This document shows, in pieces, positions 42,858 to 64,000 of a DNA stretch of 64,000 nucleotides. Under the pieces are notes generated by a model. It saw nothing but the letters and a program-made list of their open reading frames with translations, was not told the DNA's origin and ran no database searches. The position numbers and the translations under genes were made by a program. This stretch comes from the human T2T-CHM13v2.0 reference genome, Homo sapiens, in assembly GCF_009914755.1 (NCBI RefSeq), contig NC_060925.1. One strand, given 5' to 3'. How positions within the stretch are numbered: the first letter of the stretch is position 1; each line of letters starts with the position of its first letter.

Positions 42858-44875
42858 CTACTCATTTTCTACTCTTGCTGCACTGAATTTCTCGCTGCTT
42901 CCCTAAAAACTCCATTTTTCCTCAAATCTCTTTGCCTTTCCAGCAGCCTGCTTTTGCCTATTGCTTTACCTAGAAAAATCTTACTCATCTTAAGACCTAA
43001 TCTGAAAAAGCACTTCCTCTGGGATGCCTTCCCTGATCGCCACAGGCAAAATGAGTTGCCTTCTTCTCTGGGTCCCTATGCACTGGGCACATTCCTCAGT
43101 CTAGCACCTGATACAGTATGTTTTAAGTATTAATTTCTGTGGCTGTTTCCTTGTCAGACTGGGCACTTCCTGAGGGCAGGGACTAGATCTTTTTCATCTC
43201 TTCAATCCCAGTGTCGGGCACCGAGGAATGAATGGATGAGTGGCCATGCCCTGATGATGGCTCCGAAATCCCCGGCACAAAGGAAGTGTGCACAGTCTCC
43301 CCAGGGGAGCTGTACTGGGGTGGAGTGGGTTAGGGAGAACAAGGTCTCTGGAGTCAGAAAGGTCTACAGGTTCATACCTGGCTTACCATTTACTTGCTGT
43401 ATGACCTGGGGCAAGTGACCTCGCCTCTCTAACCTTCAATGTCTTCATTTGCAAAATCTTACAATCCTAACAATGGTTTCAAAGATAAGTATGCAAAGTG
43501 GCTGGAACAGGACCTGAGCCACAAATGACCAAGCCTCCCTCTCCCCACTGGCCCAGCTGCTTGGAGCCAGGGGAGGGGACTGTGGGCCAACATTGACCTA
43601 GGGGCTTTGACCTACACACTGGCTTTCCTGCCAGCTCCAGATAGAGCCTCCAGCTAATGGCAACAAAGCTTTCAACAGCTCAGGAAGAGGATGAACATTT
43701 GGAAAGAAAAGAAGAGGCTCAGACCACTCAGTTTAACACATGGGCACAGTTCCCTGATGGATCGAGGCTGGGCAGCTGGCCCAGGCACAGCCTTCAGCTG
43801 GGGGTGGGGTAGAGAGGCCATAAATATTCATGAGACAGAAGAATTCTGCTGTCTGGATCTGGTACCCTTTTCCCTGTGCAGCATTCGGCCCTCATCCCTG
43901 CTGGAAACATTCCCAGTCCCTAGGGAACCTGGAGAAGGGGTTCTCATCCATAGCTGGACAGCCAGAGAGGAGGGACCATCGGGAGATGGACAGAAGGAGG
44001 TATGTGCTGGTTGATTTCCCAGGCCAGATTGTGGGTTGGGAAGTTGGGTTCACCAGTCCTGCTAGCTCTTAACATTTGTGGGGCCAGTTGAGGTCAAAAG
44101 TACAAAATTCTAAATATTTATAAGCTATAAATAAGATACATCCAAGTTCATCCACAGCTCCTGCACCAGCAGTTCCTTGCAGCCCCGCAGGCCTGAGGGT
44201 GCATTCACCAACAGGGCAAGGACTAGAAGTGGTGAAGGCGGGGGAACACCACATTCCAAGTGGGCACACTCTCTTGGATCCAAGTACTCCTTGCTCTGTG
44301 GGGATCATGAGGCTGGAGCCCCCCTAATTTCAAGACACTGGGCACCATTTACTGGTATACAGTACATCTTGCCTATGATCATATTTCCTCCTCAGATCAT
44401 CTTCGTGAGGCTGGTTTTACAAGATACCTAATTTTCTAGGGGTAAAAAGTGAGACTAGAGAAGAAAATAGATTTGTCCATAGTCACACAGCGGGGAAGTG
44501 GCAGACTTGGGATTTTGAACTCCAAGGTTCATTCTGACTCTCCTAGAACAAGCTGTGTCCCCTGCTAGAAGCAAACTGCTCCTTGGCCAGCTTGTCCACT
44601 CACAGACCTGTCTTACAGCCTGAGAATGGGAGCTCCAGATGCTGTGAGGCCCCAGGAAGAGATGCCTTTGACCTGGGGCCCTGCTTTTACCTTTGTTCCT
44701 CAAAGCTGGGAAGGGAATGCGACAAAGGGATGGCATGACCTGCTCTGTATCCATCTGACTCCCGCCTGGTAGGGCGAGAGCTGGGTCAGATCCTGGTTCA
44801 ACCACTAAGCTCATCCTGTGATTCTGAGTCTCTGTTTCCTCATTTGTAAATGAAGATTTTTATATGGACTAAGAG

Positions 44876-49141
<4,266 letters not shown>

Positions 49142-49639
49142 TCAATGGGCCTAAGAGACGACAAATTTGAAAGTACATTGTGTATTTTTAAGTTAGAGTC
49201 ATATGACTCAGTTTATGACTTAAAAGCTATGCAACCTTTGGTAAAACTGCTTGCCGCCTTCGGGCCTCATTTGTAAACCACATCTCTTTCATCAAGCGAA
49301 ATAAAGGATGTACAGTATTTAGAGAACAGTGGTTAAGAGCACAGACTCTGGAGTCAGACTCTGTAGTCAGACAAACCTGGGTTCAGATCTTACCTCTCTC
49401 ACTTCCTACCACAGAACCACAGCCAAGCATGTCCTCCCTCTGATTCTCAGGTCCCTCACTGAAAATGGAGCTGATAATACCCAGGCACATACCTCTCCAG
49501 AGTGGTGTGAAGAGTCAATGAAATAATGTGTATAAAGTCCTTATCAGGGCTGGGCGCAGTGGCTCATACCTGTAATCCCAGCACTTTGGGAGGCCAAGGC
49601 GGGCAGATCACTTGAGGTAAGGAGTTCGAGACCAGCCTA

Positions 49640-49876
<237 letters not shown>

Positions 49877-50547
49877 TCATTGAATGTTGGCTATTGTTAC
49901 TCTTACTTCCCTACCCCAGACAGAGTTGGAAATTCCACCTCAAGTTCCCATAACAATCTATCACATTGCATTATCATAGCTGTTGATTTCTCTCTCCTTT
50001 TGGACTGGGAATTCCCAAGGGCCAAGGCTTCTGGCATATCACCAATACCCATCACAGGGCCTCCTACATAGCAAACACATGAGAAATACTGACTAAATAG
50101 ACAGGTGAGCCTCTGTACACACACAGTCACAGTGTCCCTCACTCTTCGCTTCCAAACTCTCACACCCCAGCTCTAGCCACTCCCAGCTCTTAGATTCGCT
50201 GGGGCCAGTCCCACTTTCCTCATCTATAAAATGGGAATAGCATCAACATTGAGGCTGGAAAGGTGGCCCACATCTATAATGCCAGCACTTTGAGAGGCTG
50301 AGGTAAGAGAATTGCTTGAGGTCAGGAGTTTAAGACCAGCCTGAGCAACATAACCAAATTTTGTCTCTACAAAATTAAAAATTAAAAAAAAAATTAGCCA
50401 GGCATGGTGGCACATGCCTGCAGTCCTAGCTACTATGGAGGCTGAGGCTGCAGGATCACTTGGGTCCATTACAGTAAGCTATGATCATACCACTGCACTC
50501 CAGCCTGGGCAACAGAGCAAGACCCTATCTCTTAAAAATAAAAATAA

Positions 50548-50640
<93 letters not shown>

Positions 50641-50642
50641 TA

Positions 50643-50825
<183 letters not shown>

Positions 50826-50951
50826 TCAAAAAATAAATAAAAATAATAAATAAATAATTAATACAAATTAGGCTGGGTGGGGTGGCTCACACCTGTAATC
50901 CCAGCACTCTGGGAGGCCGAGGCAGGCAGATCACCTGAGGTCAGGAGTTCA

Positions 50952-51218
<267 letters not shown>

Positions 51219-51720
51219 CTAGGCATATAGAAGGTACTCAATACATGAGTTACTTCCTGTTCTGACATGCCCTGTTGCTTGATATTTGTGCCCTGACCTG
51301 GCCGTGCCGACCACACCCTCTAATGTTACCTCTCACAGAGTGGTTTCAATACCATTTCTCCAAGATGCAGAAGGATTTGAGCGACGAATTAAGGGAGGAG
51401 AAATCCTGACCTCTGGGGAATTCTGTGCCAGGCTCCCTACAATTCCCAGCGCAAGGGACCATGCACATTTATTGGCTGATGAATGAAGCACCATGTCTGG
51501 GAGAGGTTACGGACAGGGTCTAGGGCACGAGGGATGAGGATGATCTGGGTACCAGTCAGAGTTACCCAGTGTTCCTTCTCATTGGGGACCTCATCCTGGC
51601 CCCAGATATGTATATTACATTGAGGAGACTCAGCCTCTGCTCAGTTGGCCTAGGAAACCCCAAGTCTGGCCTGGGTCTCTCCTCCTGGCTCCCAGATACC
51701 CAGGTGGTATCTGTTTGTGA

Positions 51721-52287
<567 letters not shown>

Positions 52288-52568
52288 TGAGTCTGCACCT
52301 GGGTCTGTTTCTTCCTTGCTGCGTGATCCTTGGCTCTCCCAGCCTCCTTTTCTTCATCTGCAAAATGATGGTAATAAAACCTTCCTCACGGGGTGGTTGT
52401 GAGAGCTGAGTGAAGCAATTTACTCAATAACTGTGAACTCCCTTCCCTGCTGTCCTCAGAAAATGTTTGTTGAATAAGTGAATAAAGAAGCAACCAAACT
52501 GGCCATGCACTAAGCCAGCTACACATTCTCTCCTAGAAGCAACCGGGGTTAGCCGGAGAGAAAGCATA

Positions 52569-52732
52569 GGAACCGAAACCAGGAGATGTGGGCTCTGGCC
52601 TCAGCTGTGCCACTCACCCACATATCTTGACTGAGCCTCATTCCAGCTCTGAGCCTTGGGGTTTTTATCTGCAAAATGCGGTGCCTGTGCCTCGCTTATC
52701 TCAAAGCATTGTTGTAAAAAAAAAAGGAAGTG
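52569..52732. promoter_or_regulatory. Candidate myeloid intronic enhancer motifs (EICE + PU.1)
   Basis: GGAACCGAAA at 52569-52578 and AAAAAGGAAGTG at 52721-52732. Motif match only. Confidence 0.3.
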
Positions 52733-53366
52733 AGATTATTGGTGGTGACAGTTTTGGGTAAACAGTAAAGCACTTGGTACATTGAAATGGACTTTATGAA
52801 CTGTGAAAGGTAGTGCAGGCTGGGTGCAGTGGCTCACGCCTGTAATCCCAGCGCTTTGGGAAGCCAAGGCAGGAGATGGCTTGAGGCCAGAAGTTCAAGA
52901 CCAGCCTGGGAAACATAGCAAGATCCCGTTTCCACAAAAAAAAAAAAAAAAAAAAAAAGTTTTTTAAATTAGCCAGGCATGGTGGCATGCGCCTGTAGTC
53001 CTGGCTACTTGGGTGGCTAAAGCTGGAGGATAGCTTGAGACCAGGAGTTCAAGGCTGCAGTGAGTCACGATCATGCCACTGCTCTTCAGCCTGGGTGACA
53101 GAGCAAGACTGTGTCTCTTAAAAAAAAAGGGGGGGGGGTGTGCGGGGGGTGTAGGCCAGGCATGGTGGCTCACATCTGTAATCCCAGCACTTTGGGAGGC
53201 CAAGGCAGGCGGATTGCTTGAGCACGGGAGTTCAAGACTAGCCTGGGCATCATGTCAAACCCCACCTCTACAAAAAACAAACAAACAAACAAAACAAAAC
53301 AAAAACAAAAACAAAAACAAAAACACAAAAATTAATCAGGCAAGATGGTGTGCACCTACAGTATCA

Positions 53367-53561
<195 letters not shown>

Positions 53562-54685
53562 TCAACTCCAAACCCAGGCCCTGAAGATCTCCCACCTACA
53601 GAACCAAGGGGGTGGGGAGGGGTGGCTGAGTGGTGATCCTCCCCCTGCATATTCTGTCTCTCTCTCACACACAAACACACAAACAAATACACACACAGAA
53701 TCTGGCTGTGATTCCCCTCGGCCAAAGACACACAGAGGCATATCAGCCTCTCAGCTGGCTTTGCTGGCCATCTGCTCCTGGGAGGGGAGCTGTCTGGCTG
53801 GAGCAGGCCACATGCAGCCCGGATATGCTCCCGGCCCATCATTCCAGATACATGTAGACATAGCCAGAGCCAGCTCCCTGTCCACCCCACATAACCACAG
53901 ACACACATGCACACACAAAGACACACCAGAGGCTTCTCCCCGCTCTCATCATGCTGTCAAGGAGCCCAAGAGGGGGTGGTCAGAGAGGGGGCTGCAGCAG
54001 GGTCCCAGCACTTGCCCTTTGGGAGCTGGCTCTGCTCCCGACCCAGACACACACCCCTAGGCCCATCAAGGGGTGCTGCCGGCTCCTGCTCCACTGTTGC
54101 CCTCTCTGAGGTCCAAGCCTCCACCCATCTAGGGGATCAGAACAGGAAAGTGGGGGATGCCACCAAGAAAGAGAATGCCATCCTCTTCAACAAGGCCTCC
54201 TTCACAGGCCTGGGGTGGGAAGTGGGGAATCTCTGCTCCCTGTAAAAGGACAATAAGATCCCAGCCTCTCCTCATACCTGCTTCCCACCACCAGTCAGAG
54301 AAAACTCAGTCCTGTAGGCACATTTTGTCACTGATAGCATAAACTGTGAATTCCTTACTCCTTCAATGACCAGATGGGGAAACTGAGGCCCGGAGATGAG
54401 AAAGGATTTTCCCAAGGTGAACACAGTGTCAGGGGCAGAGCTGGGACCAGATACTGGGCCTCTGGCTCACCGTCCGTTCCCTTCCAACTGCAAAAACCGC
54501 TTCATCATTCATCTGTCCTGTGCATATTCTAAGCATATGCTATGTTGCAAACCCTGTGCTAAGGATAAAGGATACAACAGTGAACAAAACAGTTTCCTCA
54601 TCCCTAAGGCGTTTAACAGCAGGAATCCCAGAGTCAGCATTAGAGGGAATTCATCAGTCCCCTTTGCGCAGCATTTTCCAATTGA

Positions 54686-54907
<222 letters not shown>

Positions 54908-56278
54908 TAATTTTTGTATTTTTAGTAGAGATGGGGTTTCACCATGTTCGCCAGGATGGTCTCCATCTCTTGACCTCGTGATCTACCCGCCTCGGCCTCC
55001 TAAAGTGCTGGGATTACAGACGTGAGCCACCATGCCCGGCCCACAGAGGTCAGTATTTTAACCTGCAATCTGCAAAGGAGGAAAGTGGAACTTCCGAACA
55101 ACTCAAGGCCCCGGCTTGTCAGCAGGAGCTGAGATCGAAACCCCGGATGCCCACCTGAGGCCCAGGACCCAGTCATCTAAGGGGCTGAACTCTTTCTCCG
55201 GCGGTTTGTCAGCACCTAAAGATAGTGGTGTCTCTTTTGCTTCTCTAGCACTCCCCAACACACCTCCCACCCCTACCGCCTCCCCCAACACACACACCAC
55301 CCCAAACACCTGGAACACAGCTGGGTATTCAGTCAGAGCTAAAGGAGAGCAGCCAGAGGTGTGGGGAGAGAGCCTGCTGGTTCTGTCATATTTCACAAGT
55401 GAGTGAGTGCACAGCCCCATGTCTGGACCTCCTGCAAGCAGAGGACGGTGGGTGCCAGCCTGGGCCCTGTCCCCAGCACCTGGGACCTGATAGGGGCTAT
55501 TGTTTGTGGGCTTGGCCCTGTGTATAAGAACCTGGTTATTTTCAGCACCCCCTTCCCCACCCCGCAAACCTAGCATTTAGTGAGTTCCTAAGTACCCCGC
55601 CCTGTACCAGATCCTTTATATGACCCGACAATTCTGTGGGGGAGATGGGATTATCATTATTTGACAATTTAGAAAACTGCACAGAGATGGAGCGTAACTT
55701 GGCCAAGACCACACAGCTAGTCAAGTAGATGTCATTTGGCTCCCTGAGATCCAAGCTGCCCCCATCACCACCATCACCACCTCCCAGTAGGGTCTCTGGG
55801 GTCAGCACTGCCACCATCACCACCATCAACACCTCCCAGTGGGATCTCTGGGGTCAGCACTGCCCCAGCCTCAGAAAAGCCAAACTTGGGTGTTGGGTTC
55901 TCCAGGAATGTTTGGACACTAGAAGTTATTTCTAAACATGAGACTCTGGGCCTGAGAAAGGTGCCAGAAAAATCCCTTAAAAACAGAAGCAGCCGAGCAC
56001 AGTGACTCAAGCCTGCAATCCCAGCACTTTGGGAGGCCGAGGCAGGCTGATTGCTTGAGCCCAGGAGTTAGAGACCAGTCTGGGCAACAAGGCAAGACCT
56101 CGTCTCCACAAAAAATACAAAAATTAGCCAGGCGTGGTAGAGCATGCCTCTAGTCCCAGATACTCGGGAGGCTGAAGTGGGAGGATCACCTGAGCCTGGC
56201 AGGTCCAGGCTGCAGCGAGCCATGATCGCGCCACTGCACTTCTGCCTGGACAACAGAGTGAGAGACCCTGTCTCAAAA

Positions 56279-56309
<31 letters not shown>

Positions 56310-56421
56310 TAGAAGCACCCATCTGCTTAGGTGCAGCCTGGGGGCATGACCTTGGTTTGCCTCCTGAGGACATTTTTATATGCCTCCCCCTTGCCCAGCA
56401 GGGGCCAGGATTCCCCCTTAC

Positions 56422-56520
56422 CTGTAGCAGGGGCAGCGGCTTCAGCTGCAGTGACCGTGTGTCTCTGTCTGGGTCCTGGCCCCAGCCTCAGCCTCTATGC
56501 TGTCTGGCAATTGCAGAAGT
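56422..56520 (-). other. PTAFR: PTAFR non-coding first exon (leukocyte-type transcript)
   Basis: Reverse complement ...GGCTGGGGCCAGGACCCAGACAGAGACACACGGTCACTGCAGCTGAAGCCGCTGCCCCTGCTACAG is the known leader. The 5' end is estimated from Inr TCACTTC at 56516-56522. Confidence 0.88.
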
Positions 56521-57250
56521 GAAGAAACAGAGCGTATCACTACCAAGTCACCCCTGGGAGGAAATGCTGTGGCCCTAGGGCCTCTCAAGGGGTACCACAG
56601 GAACTTCCAAGCTGGGCCGCCAGGACCTGGGCACTGCACAGAGGCTTCTCAAAGAGCGAGGGATGGGGTGGGGTGTAGACAGCGCCCGAGGCCAGGAGCT
56701 AAGGTGAGAAAGAGGAAAAGCAAGAGAGAGAAAGCAAGTGCATGTACTCAAGAGAGCGAAAAAGGGAGCATGAGAGTGAGAAAGAGGAGGGAGGAGAGAT
56801 GAGGGACCAGGAAAATCAAAGGAGAAAGGGAGGAGGCAGGAGGGAGTCGGGAAAAAAAATGAGAGGGCGGAGGAATGGATGGAGGGAGCGAGGCTCAGGG
56901 AAAAAGACAGATGTAAACACCGGGAGAGATGAGAGGAACAAGGAGATTCAGGGACAAAGACAAGGTAAGATCCAAGACAAAAGACGAGATGACAAGACAC
57001 AGACAGCGAGCATGTGCCTGTGCACATTTGGGTCTGTGCGTCTCTGGATGGGGGTGAGAGAGAAAATAAAAGAAGGGGAGTGGAGGAAAGAGAATGCCCG
57101 CTGGGATATAAAGTGGAGGGAGAAGAGAGGAGCTCGGAAGAGCCACTGTGGTCAGGGGCATGACAGGGCAGGGCCTCCCTGGAGACCAAGAAACATTGAG
57201 CCCAGAAACCCCATGGGAACAGATCTGTGGGGGTGGAGGTGGAAGCTCCC
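56516..57250 (-). promoter_or_regulatory. PTAFR: PTAFR proximal promoter with Inr and NF-kB-like sites
   Basis: Minus-strand GGGAGCTTCC (57241-57250), GGGGTTTCTG (57203-57212), GGGAGGCCCT (57170-57179) and GGAAGTTCC (56600-56608). This promoter is known to respond to NF-kB. Confidence 0.65.
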
Positions 57251-57258
57251 TGAGACCG

Positions 57259-57590
57259 TGTTTTGTAGAGATAGGGTCTCCCTGTTTTGCCTAGGTTGGT
57301 CTCAAACTCCTGGGCTCAAGGGATCCTTCCGCCTCAGCTTCCCAAAGTGTTGGGATTACAGGCATGAGCCACTGAGCCTGGCCCTGTGTTTGTTTTTTTG
57401 TTCATGCGGTTGATTTCTGGAGAGAACTGGCTCCATTGTCCAGTAGAATGTTCTATATTCTGGACTTGGTTGATTGCTTCCTTGTGAGGTCCTTTAATCT
57501 ATTCCTCTGTCTCCTGTATTTTCTGAAAACAGGTTTGATTAGATTCAAATTTGGACATACTTTCTTCTTTTTTTTTTTCACCCAGGCTGG
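57259..57590 (-). repeat. Inverted duplicate (copy) of 59637-59981
   Basis: Collinear reverse-complement match across Alu end, L1M fragment and Alu monomer, with a 15-bp deletion. Confidence 0.95.
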
Positions 57591-57959
57591 TGTGGGTTGG
57601 CAGCGTATGAGTTCATGGGAGCATGCAGGTGAAGAGGGGTGGACAATCGATGGTGAATGCACATGAATCTCTGAGTGTAGGTGTGAGGGTATGTGTGAAA
57701 GTGAGCTGGTGGGGGCATCCCGTGTGCATAAGTGAGAGGTGAGCCAGAGTATCTGCCTCAGTTTCCAGTCCATTTACCCACTCATTCCTTCAACCAACCA
57801 ACAAGCACCATCTGAGCACCCCCAGGCACCAGGCACTGGGGTGGACCCTGTCTAAAGAAGCAAGTCCCTCAGATACATCAGCCGACCCAACAACCTCCTA
57901 CACAGAGAGGGAAACTGAGGTCCCGACAGGACCAGGGTCCCACAGCAAGGCAGGTATAA

Positions 57960-58715
<756 letters not shown>

Positions 58716-59539
58716 TGAAACAGGCTCAGGCCAAGCACTTTGGGAGACCAAGGCAGGAGGATTGCTGAGCCCAGGAGTTCGAGACCAGCCTGGGCAATAT
58801 AGTGAGACCCCATCTTCATATTTAAAACAAAAAAAAAAGAAAAGAAACAGGCTCAGTTTGATCATTTCTTCTTGTCTCCCTTACAGGCTTTTTGAGCCTC
58901 GAGTGCCCTGAAATATGAGGACATGGTCTGTACATGAACTTAGCCTTCATGCAAACTGCTCACCTAAAAGGCAAGGCCTCAACTCTGCTCCCCAGCCCAG
59001 ATCCTTGGTTCCAAAACAGTTTCACCTCAGCCCTCCTCCAGCCACCACCCTCCAGGAGGGACAGCAAGCCTGGGAGGGACCTCCGGGATCAACCAGCCTC
59101 CATTGCCCAGAGTCTCCAGGACGCCTGGCTCAAGGTCCGGAACTGTTGGCTCGGCCTGCCTTCCAGTATAGTCCCTTCCATGCGCGCATGTGGCAACTGC
59201 AGATCAGCACCTCTTTTGAGATTATCAATAAGCAGGGTAGGTAGGTAGATATTACTATCAATATTTTACAAATGAGGAAACTGAGTTCAACTCTTTCTCT
59301 CACACCCCACATCCATTCTGTTAGCAAATTATGTTGGCTCCACTTGAAAATATGTCCAGATTTGGCCGGGCACAGTGACTCACGCCTGTAATCCCAGCAC
59401 TTTGGGATGCTGAGGCGGGCAGATCACTTGAGGTCAGGAATTCAAGACCAGCCTGGCCAATACGGTGAAACCCTGTCTCTACTAAAAATAATAATAATTA
59501 AAAAAAGAGCCAGGCATGGTGGCACACACCTGCTGATTA

Positions 59540-60533
<994 letters not shown>

Positions 60534-61387
60534 TTAGATAATTCTAAGGAATTATTGATAATAGCATTAAGAGATAATGGTGTTGCAGTTATAAACAAAA
60601 TGTCCATATATGTGGAATTTGCTTTAAAATATTACAGCAAAATAAGAAGAAAGGAAGGAGAGAGAAAGTAAAGAAAAAGAGAAGAAATAAAGAAGGATGG
60701 ATACAGAGTATGAAGAAAAAAGAAAGGAAGAGGAATGAAGGGAGAGAGGGGAGAAATAGAAAATGTGGCAAAATATTTATTTTATTGATTGATTGATTTT
60801 TATTTATTTATTTTTTTGAGATGGAGTCTCACTCTGTCTCCCAAGTTGGAGTGCAGTGGCGCGATCTCAGTCTCACTGTGTTGTCCAGGCTGATCTCAAA
60901 CCCCTGACCTGAAGCAATCCGCCCTCCTCCGCCTTCCAAAGTGCTGGGATTACAGGTGTGAGCACCACGCCCGGTCGTGTGTTATTTGAAACCACTAAGT
61001 TTGTGGTAACTTCTTATAGCAGCCACAGGAAACTACCACAAGGATTTCTTGTACTCTTCCTTCTCTTTTTGTGTATGTTTGAAAACTTTTCTATGAAGTT
61101 GTGTTTGAGCACGTACAATTCACAACACCACCTATAAAACAGTCTTGCCAAGGAAACCGAAACAGAATCAGCAAGTTTAATCACTAGTTTACTCCTGTTA
61201 CAGAAGGAAACAGATCATAGGGATGCACTCAACAAACGCACATGATAAGAAACATATGGAACACACAACCTGCTTTCTTCAATAAATAAATTCTAGCCGG
61301 GCGCGGTGGCTCACGCCTGTAATCTCAGTACTTTGGGAGGCTGAGGCGGGCGGATCACCTGAGGTCAGCAGTTCAAGACCAGCCTCA

Positions 61388-61659
<272 letters not shown>

Positions 61660-61828
61660 TCAAGCATAGGAGCTCATGCCTATAATCCCAGCACCTTGAG
61701 AGGCCGAAGTGAGAGGATCACTTGACACAGGAGTTTGAGACCAGCCTGGGCAACACAGTGAGAACTCACCTCTAAATAAATTAACTACTTAAATAAAGAG
61801 AATTAAGAGACATAGCAACCAATTGCTA

Positions 61829-62056
<228 letters not shown>

Positions 62057-62529
62057 TCAGGAGGGTGAGGCAGGAGAATCGCTTGAACCTGGGAGGCAGA
62101 GATTTCAGTGAGCCAAGATTGCACCACTGCACTGCAGTCTGAGTGACAGAGTGAGACTCTGTCAAAAAAAGAAAGAGAGAGAGAGAAAAGGAAGGAAGGG
62201 AGGGAGGGAGGGAAATTGAGCATTGCCAGGCATGGTGGCTTATACCTATAATCCCAGCACTTTGGGAGGTCCAGGTGGTCCTCACTTGAGGACAGGAGTT
62301 TGAGACCAGCCTGGACAACATAGCCAGACTCCATCTTTACAAAAACTTTTTAAAATTCGCTGCAGTGAGCCATGATCATGCCACTGCACTCCAGCCTACA
62401 TGGCAGAGTGAGACCCTGTCTCTTAAAAAAAAAAAAAGTGTGCTGATAATTGTTGAAGCTGGCTAAGGGTACATGAGGATCCATTATACCTTTAAATGTA
62501 CTGTTGCACATGTTTTCTGTTCTTTTTGA

Positions 62530-62829
<300 letters not shown>

Positions 62830-63751
62830 TAAGAAAGGGTTTTTTGCTGTTTGTTTTTTAAAGAAATTCAATTTTGTGTTTGTTTTTTAAAGCAATACTT
62901 GTTGAGCTTTTGAGATCAGAACAGCAGTGAAAAAGAAAACTGTCCCAATGTTATGTAGTGGATAATTGTGTCTTGGGATATAATTTTCCTGTGATAGCAT
63001 CTTATTGGGATGTTAAGTGCTGTATCTCATTCAATGGAGACGGAAGTGAAAAGTATGCAGCCTAGAAAGCTCTGTTAAATGACAGAAAAGGGGCTCCAAC
63101 AACAATGAAGATGCTGGCGTAAAAGATGCTTATACATTTGTTTCATGAAATTTGAGTGCAAAAAAGAAATATTTATAAAATAACGAGCTATTGCCCACAA
63201 TATTTAAGTATATAAGTAATTAAAAGAATAAATTAAATATTATAAGTAAGGCTGGGCACAGTGTCTCACGCCTATAAAACCACATCTCTACAAGAAATAC
63301 AGAAAAAATTAGCTGGACATGGCAGTGCATGCCTGTAGTCCTAGCTACTCAGGAAGCTAAGGTGGGAGGATCACTCGAGCCCAGCAGGTTGAGGGTGCAG
63401 TGAGCCGTGACTACACCACTGCCACTCCAGCCTGGGTAACAGAGTGATATCTTCTCTTCAAAATATGTGTGTGTGTAATAGGTAGGAATTTTACTGTATC
63501 AGTGGTTCTCAACCAGAGGCTCTTTTGCCCTCTAGTGAAACCCCGTCTCTACTAAAAATACAAAAATTAGCCGGGCGTGGTGGCACATGCCTGTTAATCC
63601 CAGCTACTCAAGAGGCAGAGGCAGAAGAATCACTTGAACCCGGGAGGCAGAGGTTGCAGTGAGCCAAGATCACCCCACTGCACTCCACTCCAGCCTGGGC
63701 AACAGAGCAAGACTCCATCTCAAAACAAAACAAAACAAAAAAAACTTTAAA

Positions 63752-63786
63752 TGATGGATGGATAGATAGATAGATAGATGATAGAT
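63752..63786. repeat. (GGAT)n/(GATA)n short microsatellite
   Basis: Direct read. Confidence 0.85.
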
Positions 63787-64000
63787 CCAAAATCTTGCCA
63801 CTTCTCACCACCTCCACTGCTATAGCCCTGGTCCAAGTCCCTCCACCTCCCCGCTGGATTGCAGCCTCCTCCCTCGTCTCCCTGCTTCCATACTCACGTC
63901 CCCATTAGTCTGTTTTTTTTTTTTTTTTTTTTTTTTTTTTGAGCTGGAGTCTCATTCTGTCACCCAGGCTGGAGTGCAGTAGCGTGATCTCAGCTCACTC

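Noticed and set aside
56575-57413. 204- and 223-aa ORFs upstream of exon 1
   Set aside because: They arise from a stop-poor purine tract and run into Alu sequence.

Overview
Primate (almost certainly human, recognisably the 1p35 PTAFR locus) genomic DNA, very Alu-dense. The one intact protein-coding gene is PTAFR (platelet-activating factor receptor, minus strand). Its single coding exon holds a 342-aa CDS (29824-30852) and a ~2.8 kb 3'UTR ending near AATAAA at 27016-27021. A 25.5 kb intron separates it from a non-coding first exon at 56422-~56520, whose promoter carries kB-like sites. The window also holds an ARL8B processed pseudogene, U6 and U7 snRNA retrocopies, a FAM monomer, ERV1/MaLR LTRs, L1, MIR/L2 and hAT remnants. 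Nearly all other ORFs in the track are Alu or low-complexity artefacts. There is no CRISPR, tRNA or rRNA. Three items most deserve follow-up. (1) A candidate unannotated dead gene on the + strand at ~3.7-9.4 kb, where excising an L1 and an Alu at their TSDs restores a 140-codon ORF and exon-like blocks with splice signals lie upstream. (2) A snaR/CAS-like small-RNA retrocopy with TSDs at 25276-25374, inside a cluster of small-RNA retrocopies just past the PTAFR polyA site. (3) A ~330-bp local inverted duplication (57259-57590 vs 59637-59981) inserted next to the promoter kB cluster. I cannot demonstrate a new biological system from sequence alone. These are testable leads, and repeat subfamily names come from recall of consensus sequences.
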